Of a DNA stretch of 64,000 nucleotides, positions 26,745-38,280 are shown one piece after another (within the stretch, counting starts at the first letter, position 1; each line of letters opens with the position of its first letter). Under the pieces are notes generated by a model, which searched no databases, was not told the DNA's origin, and saw only the letters and a program-made list of their open reading frames with translations. The stretch lies in the NCBI RefSeq assembly GCF_006345805.1, contig NC_043010.1, positions 1,116,001-1,180,000 on the forward strand, written 5' to 3'. The DNA is from Octopus sinensis (lineage: Eukaryota). The position numbers and the translations under genes are program-made.

Positions 26745-27562
26745 CATCATCATCATCATGGCAATCCCTCAAGGTCGAAGATGATGGTCTTCGCGCAAAT
26801 TTACTGGTGAGTCCGTAGGTGACCGATAAGACCAATTCTTGCTTGAAAAGATCGGTCGCAGTGCGGACATCTAGTGCCGGAAGGGAGAGTCGCGCGTGGT
26901 TGTTGTTGGCGCTTCTTCCGTCGTCGTCTTTTCTCCTCCAGCTCTGCAGACCTTTTCGACTCGAAAGTCGCTGTTCCCTCATGGATGGTGGTTTTCCAGA
27001 GTGGTCTGTTTTTTGCCGTTTCCTCACAGTTAGTGAAGTCGATGTCACACTTTTTGAGGTTCGTTTTCAGGGAGTCCTTGTAGCGTTTCTTCTGGCCTCC
27101 TTTTGTACGCTTGCCGTCTTTGAGTTGGGAGTAGAAGATCTGTTTGGGAAGTCGTTCATCAGTCATTCTAACCACGTGGCCGCTCCATCTTAGTTGGCCT
27201 TTGATGACATAGGCTTCGATGCTGGTCATTTTTGCTTCTTGTAGCACGCTGACGTTAGTTCTTCCGTCTTCCCAGCTGATGTTAAGGATCTTCTGAAGAC
27301 AGCGTTGGTGAAATTTCTCGAGCGTTTTCAGGTGGTGACTATACGGGGTCCAGGTTTCGGATGCGTAAAGGAGGGTTGGAATAATGACTGCCCTGTACAC
27401 CATGAGTTTGGTTTCGGTTCGGATGTCCCGATCAGCAAAAACTATTGTGAGATCCCGAGACCAGCAAGATGTGTTGCTCACCAGAGCCGCCACTGGAGCA
27501 GATGAGTGCTGGACAGATCATCGCCTCATCACCTCCACCATGAAAATCAAACTCTGACCAAA
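26745..27562 (-). mobile_element. Young 5'-truncated RTE-clade LINE with 5' inversion
   Basis: (ATG)n tail at 26745-26759; uninterrupted RT C-terminus VFADRDIRTETKLMVYRAV...LLYASETW...LRWSGHVVRM...CPHCDRSFQARIGLIGHLRTH; 27443-27562 is a plus-strand endonuclease fragment IVRSRDQQDVLLTRAATGADECWTDHRLI. Confidence 0.9.
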
Positions 27563-28009
27563 AGAGAGAGGGAGACAGGGAGAGAGGAAGATAGAGAGAG
27601 AGAGAGAGAAGGGAGAGAGAGAGAAAGAGAGGAAAGAGATAGGGGAGAGACAATGGGAATAGAACAAGTGAAACGCGAAGACGTTTGATGTCAAATAAGT
27701 CAGCATCGAATTAGCGATACCAAATATTTGAGGCCAAAAGGGCGGCGGCAAAGCAACTGTGGCAAAACGTCTCATACCTCTCGTCAGCTCATTCTCTCAT
27801 CTCCTGCCGCTTCACCGGTTATGCAGGACCCGATTTGGAACTTCGACTCCAAATCTGAAGAAATGCAATATTTCATTTTCATTTAAGAGGTTCCTGGATT
27901 TGTTAAGGAGTTTTCCGCTCTCTTACGGGCCTTAATACCCTGACATCCACCACCGTGTAAAGCAAGACATCGAGGCCGTGACATACATAAATCCTTATAT
28001 ATATATTAT

Positions 28010-28418
28010 TTTATTCTTTAATTCTTTTACTTGTTTCAGACATTTGACTGCGGCCATGCTGGAGCACCGCATTTAGTCGAGCAAATCACCCCCCAGGACT
28101 TATTCTTTGTAAGCCTAGTACGTATTCTATCGGTCTCTTTTGCCGAACCGCTAAGTTACGGGGATGTAAACACACCAGCATCAGTTGTCAAGAGATGTCG
28201 AGGTGGGGACAAACACACATACACAAACATACCCACACTCACACACACACACACACATATAGGACGGGTTTCTTTCAGTTTCCGTCTACCAAATCCACTC
28301 AGAAGGCTTTGGTCGGCCCGAGGCTATAGTAGAAGACACTTGCCCAAGGTGCCATGCAGTGGGACTGAACCATGTGGTTGGTAAGCAAGCTACTTACCAC
28401 ACATCCACTCCTGCGCCT
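28010..28418 (-). mobile_element. SINE family A
   Basis: Full reverse-complement copy. Confidence 0.9.
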
Positions 28419-29689
28419 TATATATATATAGCATTAGGGCCCTTGTGCCTCTCCTACGTGTACGCTTTGTAGCATTTAATGCATTTTTCATTAATAGAAT
28501 AACTGAACGCCACGCATCCTGACTTTTATCGGGATCGATAAAATAAATATCATTTGAGTACAGGGATCGATGTCATCGATTAACTCCCTCACCCCGAAAT
28601 TGCTGGCCTTGAAACTCATTATATATATATATATATATATATATAAACTTTGTCTGAAATCACTGTAGCGTAAAGGACTGCAAATAATAAAAGAAGGGGG
28701 TCTTACAAATTCAAAAGATGGTTATTGACCGAAACTTAAAGGAGTGAATATCATTGTCCAGAGAAAAACAATGCAATGCTAGTGAGTTTTAGAAAGAAGC
28801 AGTTTGAGGAAAGAAGCTATTAGAATTAAAGAAAGACTCAAAGCTAACAGGAAGCCCAACAGAGAAACGATGAACCTAAGAAGAGAAGCTGGTGACATTT
28901 GTAAAGGTCTTGACATAGGGTACTAGACTAGAAAGTTCATCAGAGCAATGGCCATGGAAATACTTAGGGAAAAAACACGATGAAGATACATTTCAACAAT
29001 GATCCAAAGACAACCTTGTAGAAAGAAGAGGATGTTAATAACTCGGTTCTGCGTTCGATCGAGCAAGTTATGACACTTAAAGAAAGCACAAACCTAAAGT
29101 TGACAGTAATATCTAATGCAAAGTTTAATAGTTGCCTTACAGACATACAATACACTCTCAGGCGTAAAAATTTGCGAACACAGAAGAGATTCTACTTTCC
29201 CAGCGGCCAACATGGCACCAGACTAAACATTTGTTCCAAGAGACATCCTTGGTCAAAATTAGACCATGAAGTCGGATACCGTATATCTTTGGATTAGCAT
29301 TGGCCACCCACTCCTAGACCCGTGGCGCCCGCTAGTACCCTTCCAGTGTGCCAAATGCCAATACGGCACTACGCTTCTAACCTCTACACGCACAGTTCCA
29401 AGCAGTTTTCTCACAGGGACATCAACACATGTTCGATGACGGATTTATGATAAACTCCATCTCATGTGCCTAAGAATCATTTCTCTTAATTATTATTTGC
29501 ACGTGTCGTCAATATACGAAAGTGACGATCTATAATGTACCACCACTGTTGAATTAGTGGTTGGTAGAAGTAGTATTATTGTTGCGATATTACAGGAGAC
29601 GTAATTAATCATAGATCTCATTATCGGGAAAATTCAACTTCCTCATCAACTCCTGAAACCTACTCGAATTCTCGAGTCATAGAATTCAT

Positions 29690-29870
29690 TGGGCCGGTTT
29701 TCCGGTTTCCTTGGCGTATAAATGATCGAGATCACAACATCTTGCTCCCGAATGGGACGTCATTCCGTCCTAAGGTTACTCATTCACAGCTGGAGCAATG
29801 GACTGGAGCAACTTGAAATAAATTGTTCTACTCAAGAACGCAGCACATCACTCGGTTTGGGAATCGTTCC
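29690..29870 (-). mobile_element. Degenerate V-domain-like SINE
   Basis: GGGACGTCATTCCGTCCTAAGGTTACTC resembles the reverse complement of the domain in the 31244 copy. Confidence 0.4.
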
Positions 29871-30179
29871 TTGATTATTTCGTCGATGTTAAGCACGAAA
29901 GATATGTGCTGGCGACATTATATCCACCGTCGTTAGATGACGGACTGCAAAGTTCTCAAAACGTTCGATTTGATGCTGATTTTAGTTATTGCAGCAATTT
30001 TCTTTCGTTCTTTTTTTTTGTGTGTGTGTATGTGTTGAGGTGGAAACAGTGAATAGGCGCAAGCATGACTATAGTATTTTAAAGATAAATTAAAGTGGTT
30101 TTGTAAGAAAATGTATGATTCTGAGTCAGTAAATGCAATATTAAAATATTATACTGGAATAAAATCCATAGACACACTT

Positions 30180-30430
30180 TATGGTAGTGCCGTTTTTCAA
30201 CTCTATCTTCTTTCATATCAACTTTACAGTTGTTTATATTTTAGTTAAGAGAAGTGCAATACAGATTCTAAAACTCGTATTTCCGGCTATGTTTTTTTTG
30301 TCTAAATACGATCGTTCACCAGCGTGGTGCGCCACCGCTATGATTTTGTTGTTATCCACTCATTGCAAATAACTGACTGGAGGGTGAATGTTTAACATTC
30401 CTTTAATCTATGAGAATTTTTCAATTAGAC
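30180..30430 (+). mobile_element. Old unclassified repeat, paralogue of 12420-12730
   Basis: Pairwise similarity read by eye. Confidence 0.6.
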
Positions 30431-30879
30431 AATTGCAAACTGTTTTAAAAAGGTAACATAGTCAGTAAATCATGTAAGACACGTAGCAAGTGTGAGACGG
30501 GTGTGCTGGGGAAAGAGGTATGATGAAATTCTCTCACCTCTCCACCTTACTGCCGACCTACTATAAACAAGATCTGCATGTTTGTGCTCACAGACTGATA
30601 ATTTGGCTTGTTTGTAATATATTATTATTATTAGTAACAGTTACCACGCCATGCTGCTAGGCATTTTCCCTGTCTTTACGTTCTGATTTCAATTTCTACC
30701 GAGGTCACTTTGCATCTCATTGATAAAATAAGTACCAGCTGAGCACTGGGGGTTGATGTAATCTCATGAAATTTCTGACCTTGTGTCAAAGTTTGAAGTC
30801 ATTATTAGTAACAATTATCGGACCCGACAGATTTATCCTCATTCGTCTCCCTAGCCTACGACATCCTATCTCTTATCCG

Positions 30880-31629
30880 CGGGGATGGATTAGTCATTAA
30901 ACAGAATAAACACGTGCTTAAAGTATCAAAGGAAGGAGGGGGGCACCACAGAAATGGTAATTGGTTTACGGCACAAAAAGAAATCACTTTACAGTTGCTA
31001 AAACAATATTCGAAATAGTTCATATGATCGGAAGAAATACAATATAATTTGGAAGCGTTCTTGGTGTCATAGTGAAGATCTGATCAAAGACTTTGCAGTT
31101 CAAGAAAATATGACAAAACTTTTCGAATATAAATAAAGTAGAAGTATACAAAAACAAACAATATTTTCCATCTTACCATTTGTTTTGTTTAATTTTGAAA
31201 ATAGAATTTATTTAATGGTTTAGTATTGTTTATAATTTGAATTGTGGAGGCGCAATGGCCAAGTGGTTAGGGCAGCGGACTCGCGGTCGGAGGATCGCGG
31301 TTTCGATTCCCAGACCGGACGTTGTGTAGTTTATTGAGCGAAAACACCTAAAAGCTCCACGAGGCTCCGGCAGGGGGTAGTTGCGACTCTTTCGCCCCAA
31401 CTTTCTCTCACTCTCTCTTCCTGTTTCTTGAGTAATCCTGCGATGGACTGGCGTCCCGTCCAGCTGGGTGGGGAACACATACGCCACAGAAACCGGGAAA
31501 CAGGGCCCATGAGCCTGGCTAGGCTTGCAAAGGGCGCATAAATAAATAAATATTTTGAATTACATATATATGGGAGCACCAAAATCTTCTAAGTGCTTAG
31601 GGCCTCTAAGGGGTCTTGATCTGGCTCTG
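30880..31629. mobile_element. hAT-like MITE, interrupted by a SINE
   Basis: Aligns to 21027-21411 on both sides of the SINE; flanks CTTATCCG / CCAATCCG are a decayed 8-bp TSD. Confidence 0.7.
31244..31550 (+). mobile_element. tRNA-derived SINE family C (V-domain-like)
   Basis: tRNA-like head GGCGCAATGGCCAAGTGGTTAGG...GGTTTCGATTCC, CCTGCGATGGACTGGCGTCCCGTCCAG domain, (AAAT)n tail. Confidence 0.85.
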
Positions 31630-32070
31630 CCAATCCGTAATACAGCCGCGTTAGACGCAGAACAATATTTGGATACGTTTAAAAACGAAAGAACGCATCT
31701 TTAGATGCCAGAAAATACGGTGGGGATTATTTCAGAAAAAAAACCGTATCGTAGTACACGCGCGCGCGCATAGACGAGAAATACTGGAGGTTATTTTCAA
31801 TCGCTACACCATGCACACACGCAGACAGTGCATTGGCTGCAACTGCACACGAACACACGAACACTCGAACGCACGTCCACAGACAACAAAACGTGCCGAT
31901 ATCGTCGGCTAGTAATAAGTGTTCGCTGTAATATCGACAGCTTTGACACACAGACACAACGCTGACATGGAAAGCTTTGAACAGTGACTTGTCATTAAAG
32001 ATGGTAATTAAGTAATACTCATTTATGAATCCCAGAGGTCACAGATCGGGTCAGAACATAAGGTTATGCC

Positions 32071-32110
<40 letters not shown>

Positions 32111-32205
32111 ACACACATAATACATACTAATATATATATATATGTATGTATGTATGTATATATATGTGTAGTATTTATCGTCGTGTATATATAAATATAT
32201 GCATA

Positions 32206-32263
<58 letters not shown>

Positions 32264-32817
32264 CACAATAGAGAGAGGGGAAGAGAAAAGAGAGGAGGAG
32301 AGAGGGAGGCGAGAGAGAAAGGAGTAGTGAGCTATTGACGCCTTTCTCCATATCTTCACGTGATGCAACGATAAGATATTTCGAGTAACGAACCTCTTTA
32401 CAAAGATGAGAAGCCATTAGATGATCCTGGGTGTTTTTCAATTTCATAAGGGTTTCTTAAGATTCTTTATCCATTAAGGGGTTTTAAAAGATCTTTATGA
32501 ACTAAATCCTTTTCAAAATTAGTCTTTGAAGTATGGATTAGGGCTTAGTGATAGAGTAGAAATCCACAAATCCGCCTTATGCTAATATATTATGGCTGTC
32601 AACTCGTAAACAAATATGACCACCACTGACAAATTACACCGTGTAACAAAATTATAATTTTTAAATATCTTTGGTCAGTAAGTGTTGTTTCCTATTTGCT
32701 TCAATCTAGAAATCAAAGGAAATGACTTCTATTCCCTTCAAACTTTGCTTTTCTGACCTATTTTCCATTACATTTCAAACAGATCCAGCGCTGAGGTGCC
32801 GAAGCAAAAAATATTTT

Positions 32818-33105
32818 TATAGCAAATATTCTACCTCAATACCACAAGTTTGCTTGTCATTTGCTTGACCTTAAACACTTGAGCATTTCCTTTAGTCATT
32901 GACATGTGCATCTCTGACCATGAGCAGGAACAGTGGGGGAGCATCATAACAATGCGTCGAGAGGGTTTCTTTGTGGGTTTGAATAAATGTAACAACAGCA
33001 GTTTGAAGGAAATATTTTTCATACTTCCTAGGGGTCGGCAAAAAGGAAATAGCAGTTGCTACCCAAGGACAAGAATCGTGTTACAGACTGTTATCTTATC
33101 CTAGA
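32818..33105. mobile_element. Partial inverted copy of the 4413-4970 element
   Basis: AGCAAATATTCTACCTCAATACCACAAGTTTGCTTGTC... matches the reverse complement of 4600-4870. Confidence 0.75.
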
Positions 33106-33299
33106 TATTAATGACAGTTGACGGCCAGCAATGCCCGTGCTGAAATTTTAAGTCAAAAACAATTTGTATCGCACCACTAAATCTCTTACCAACGAAGCCA
33201 AGTCGTTCAGGAACAAACAAGCGTAATATCTCCGGCTTCGCAATGAGACGGGTGTCATTTCGGAATTCTTTTCTTCTTGAGAGATGTCTAAACAAAAGA

Positions 33300-33519
33300 C
33301 TACAGGGCTCTCACTTCCAGCTGTTGGATGACCGTTGATTCCACTGAGTTCATCCGTCCTATGACAGGTTTTGCTTTTCATCCTGCAGAGTGTCTGACGT
33401 AAACTCCACCTCTTGGTTGGGTTGGGTTGACAGTTTATACGCCGACAGCCTGACCTACCACACGACAGGCAGTACTGGGTTTCATGTTACCAGTGGCAGT
33501 TAGAATAACCTGACAGGAC
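33300..33519 (-). mobile_element. Paralogue of the 20090-20447 terminal segment
   Basis: GGATGACCGTTGA...TTTTCATCCTGCAG...TACTGGGTTTCATGTTACCAGTGGCA. Confidence 0.55.
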
Positions 33520-35316
33520 ATACATACATACATACATGCATAGATGCATACATACATGCACACATACATATATATATGCATATATACGTGCATACATACA
33601 TGCATACATAATACACGCATGCATGCATACGTACAAAAATACATGCATGCATAAATACACATACATACATGTATTCATACATGCATTCATACAGACATAC
33701 ATGCATAATGCATACATGCATACATAATAAAACATGCATACGTGCATACATACATACATACATACATACATACATACATGCATACATGCGTACATGCATA
33801 CATACATACATACATACATACATACATACATACATACATTCATACATACATACACACACACATACATACATACATACATACACACACACACATACATGCA
33901 TACATACATACATACATACATGCATACATACATACATACATACATGCATACATGCGTACATGCATACATACATACATACATACATACATACATACATACA
34001 TACATACATACATGCATACATGCGTACATACATACATACATACATACATACAACATACATACATACATACATACTACATACATACACACACACATACATA
34101 CATACATACATGCGTACATGCATACATACATACATACATGCATACATACATACATACATGCGTACATGCATACATACATACATACATGCATACATGCGTA
34201 CATGCATACATACATACATACATACATACATACATACATACATGCATACATACATACATACATACATACATACATACATGCATACATGCGTACATGCATA
34301 CATACATACATACATACATACATACATACATACATACATACATACATACATACATGCATACATACATACATACATACATACATACATACATACATACATG
34401 CATACATGCGTACATGCATACATACATACATACATACATACATACATACATACATACATGCATACATGCGTACATGCATACATACATACATACATACATA
34501 CATACATACATACATACATGCATACATGCGTACATACATACATACATACATACATACATACATACATGCGTACATGCATACATACATACATACATGCATA
34601 CATGCGTACATGCATACATACATACATACATATACATACATACACATACATACATACATACATGCGTACATGCATACATACATACATACATGCATACATG
34701 CGTAATGCATACATACATACATACATACATACATAATACATACATACATGCATACATACATACATACATACATACATACATACATACATACATACATACA
34801 TGCATACATGCGTACATGCATACATACATACCATACATACATACAGACATACATACATACATACATGCATACATGCGTACATGCATACATACATGCACAC
34901 ATACATATATATATGCATATATACGTGCATACATACATACATACATGCATACATGGTACATGCATACATACATCATACATACATACATACATACATACAT
35001 AATACATACATACATGCATAATGCATACATGCATACATACATACATACATACATACATCATACATACATACATACATACATGCATACATGCGTACATACA
35101 TACATACATACATACATACATACATACATACATACATACATACATGCATACATGCATACATGCGTACATGCATACATACATACATACATACATTACATAC
35201 ATACATACATGCATACATGCGTACATGCATACATACATACATACATACATACATACATACATACATACATACATGCGTACATGCATACATACATACATAC
35301 ATGCATACATACATCA

Positions 35317-35349
<33 letters not shown>

Positions 35350-35350
35350 G
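33519..35350. repeat. 1.8-kb (CATA)n array with recurrent TGCATACATGCGTACATGCA variant cassettes
   Basis: Directly visible; source of the 300-600 aa MYVC/HTYI pseudo-ORFs. Confidence 0.95.
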
Positions 35351-35354
35351 CACA

Positions 35355-35470
35355 TATAAGTTTTCCGAAGAAAGTAGCAAAAGAAACTGACGTGGATTTT
35401 CTAAATCCGAACTATTAGTGGCGCAATGAAGATCTGTAAGACATTCCAAAGATTCGTCGTCTGAGATTCT
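35355..35470 (+). mobile_element. RLE-type (R4-like) retrotransposon C-terminal remnant
   Basis: ...IRTISGAMKICKTFQRFVV*, same motif as GTVKICKTFFKFKV* at 52544-52600. Confidence 0.55.
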
Positions 35471-35619
35471 TTACACACACTTGGCTGTATGCATCGACAG
35501 CTCAACCAAACTCACCAACTCAACCACATATATACAAACACCAGGAACTCAACTTCCTAAGTGCAACACCCAAACCACTAGGCCATGCACCTTGACACCG
35601 TACTTTTTAAACTTTTAAA

Positions 35620-35975
35620 TTTTACTTGTTTCAGTCGTTAAACAGCGGCCTTGTTGGGGCATCGCTTTGAAGGGTCTTGTCTCAGTCGACCAAATCGACC
35701 ACAGTACTTATTGTTTAAAGCCTAGTACTTATTCTATCGGTATCTTTTTTATCGAACCGCTAAGTTACTAGGACGTTAACAAGCCAATGCCGGTTGCCAA
35801 GCCGCAGTTGGGGGATAAGCAAATAAGTACCCCCCCACACACACACGAAGGGCCTCCTTTCAGTTTCCGTCCACCAAATTCACTCACAAGGCTTTGGTCG
35901 GCCAGGCACCAGTGCCATGCAGTGGAACTGAACTCGTAAGCATATGGTTGAGAAGAGCAAACATCTTACTACGCA
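35620..35975 (-). mobile_element. SINE family A, degenerate
   Basis: Reverse complement of the tail and central part. Confidence 0.75.
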
Positions 35976-36527
35976 ACCATGTCTAATAAACAAAGCAAAA
36001 AAAAAAACCCTTCATCGGATGCTGCTGTTAAGTGATATCACACAAGAACATCGCAAAATCGATTCAGAATTAACAAAGAACGATAAGCAAGTCTGGAGTT
36101 GCCTCCCTTAATTGCCCTCCCAAACCCATTTGACTGAAACTTAAGCAAAACATGTCCAGAACTTTCTTCTTTTTTCCAGAAAATAAATTTTTATTTTTCT
36201 ATAATGACATGTCAATTTAAAAAGATTTTCTTGATTTTTTTTTGTAATTGTTTCCCCTTTTTAAGTGTAGCTGCTCTTAATTGAAATTTGTTAATTATGA
36301 TAAATATTCTAAAGGCGGAGATAATCTTAATAAATCGGAAATTTATGTTATTGATACTTGATATGAGTGTTGGGTTAACAATTCAGGAATATATATATAT
36401 TTCATCTATTTCAAATTTACAGAAAATAAAAGACGAAGACAGGTGAGGGAACAACAAGCAGGTGTAATAGTTCGACGCTCGGAAAGAATGGAAAAGCACA
36501 CACACACACACACACACATACACACAC

Positions 36528-36583
<56 letters not shown>

Positions 36584-36589
36584 CATGAC

Positions 36590-36950
36590 AGAATGGTTAG
36601 CACGCCGGGCGAAATGCTTTGCGGTATTTCGTCTGCCGCTACGTTCTGAGTTCAAATTCCGCCAAGGTCGACTTCGCCTTTCATCCTTTCGGGGTCGATA
36701 AAATAAGTACCAGATATGCACTGGGATCGATATAATCGACTTAATCCGTTTGTCTGTCCTTGTTTGTCCTCTCTGTGTTTAGCAATAGATATTTCGTCGG
36801 CCGCTACGTTCTGAGTTCAAATTCCACTGAGGTCGCCTTTGTCTTTCATCCATTCGGGGTCGATAAATTAAGTATCAGTTGCGTACTGAGGTCGATGTAA
36901 TCGACTGGCCCCCTCCCACTAAATTTCAGACCTTGTGTCTAGAGTAGAAA
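36590..36950 (+). mobile_element. SINE family B, dimeric
   Basis: Same dimer layout as the 17450 copy. Confidence 0.85.
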
Positions 36951-37219
36951 AGAAAAGATTTGTTTTGGTGTTTTGTACTTATTATTGCAGTCATATTCGA
37001 CTGCGCCTTGTAGAGTCGCGTAGAGTCGTACAAACTGACTCCAGGACTTATCTTCTCAAATCTCGTACAGGATCTTATGGATCTCTTTTGCCGAACCGCT
37101 AGGCCACGGGAACGTAAACAAACCAACACTGGTCGTTAAGTGGTAGCGGGAATCAAAGACAAATACAGTACAGACACAGACGACCGACAGACAGACAGAA
37201 AGACACAAACACACAGACA

Positions 37220-37452
37220 ACCTATTTCTTAATTACCCACAAGGGGCTAAACATAGAGTGGACAAACTAGGACAGACAAAGGGATTAAGTCGAATACATC
37301 GACCCCAGTGCACAACTGGTACTTAATTTATCGACCCCGAAAGGATGAAAGGCAAAGTCGACCTCGGCGGAATTTGAACTCAGAACATACCAGCAGACGA
37401 AATACATCTAAGCATTTCGCCCGGCGTGCTAACGATTCTGCCAGCTCGCCAC
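37220..37452 (-). mobile_element. SINE family B with tail module
   Basis: Reverse complement of the 14081-type copy. Confidence 0.85.
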
Positions 37453-37589
37453 CTTCTACCGACAACCGACAGACAGACACACACACGAATGACCGATACG
37501 CACACACTCATACAGACGACTGACATTCACACAAACGACCGACATACCCCCACACACATCCAGACGACCGACAGACAAACACCACACAC

Positions 37590-37600
37590 ACTCTCTTTCC

Positions 37601-37631
<31 letters not shown>

Positions 37632-37632
37632 C

Positions 37633-37682
<50 letters not shown>

Positions 37683-37685
37683 CTT

Positions 37686-37716
<31 letters not shown>

Positions 37717-37727
37717 CTCTCCTCTCT

Positions 37728-37771
<44 letters not shown>

Positions 37772-37785
37772 CATCTCTCTCTCTC

Positions 37786-37835
<50 letters not shown>
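37590..37835. repeat. (CT)n microsatellite
   Basis: Directly visible. Confidence 0.95.
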
Positions 37836-37837
<2 letters not shown>

Positions 37838-38009
37838 TTGCACACACGCACGCAACACTATTCGGTTACAGTTGACATCGATCCATGGGAGACAACTCTT
37901 CTTTCCTCGGATAATGCTATTATTTTACCCACCTTTTTCATTGCGTTTCTCTTTATTGTCACCGGGTCAAGTATTGTCAAGTGCGCGGTTGTACTGATGT
38001 GAAATGGCA

Positions 38010-38262
38010 GTTTTGACATCACCGGCTGGCAACAGGCTAAACTACCGGTTAAATTCTGTGACTTTGATCTCCGTTCCGCACTGGACCTAGCTCTGCCAAC
38101 CTATCTTTCCTTAGTCTCTTCTAACGGCTGCCTTCATCGGTGAGGTACTTTATAGGTTGGCTGAACCCGATATTGCCCAGGAATTGGAACCTGAGGCAGC
38201 TGATTGAACCGCCGAAGGCCTTGCCATCCCGCAGAATGCCTGTCTCCAAGGTAACTGGGGCA
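38010..38262 (+). pseudogene. CRE-like non-LTR retrotransposon remnant, RT C-terminal region
   Basis: DITGWQQAKLPVKFCDFDLRSALDLALPTYLSLVSS then, after a frameshift, IGEVL...*TAEGLAIPQNACLQGNW; matches W.QASLP..GGLG.RSA.DLALPA from memory. Confidence 0.55.
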
Positions 38263-38280
38263 TCAGTTACGTTGATAGAA

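Noticed and set aside
28850-29420. Possible old RTE remnant
   Set aside because: Only faint motif resemblance across frameshifts; not supportable without a search.
31244-31330. tRNA gene
   Set aside because: A/B boxes are present but it continues into a SINE body and tail; the same applies to all other tRNA-like heads.
33487-35418. 607-, 558- and 489-aa ORFs
   Set aside because: Read-through of the (CATA)n array, which lacks stops in several frames; no coding complexity.
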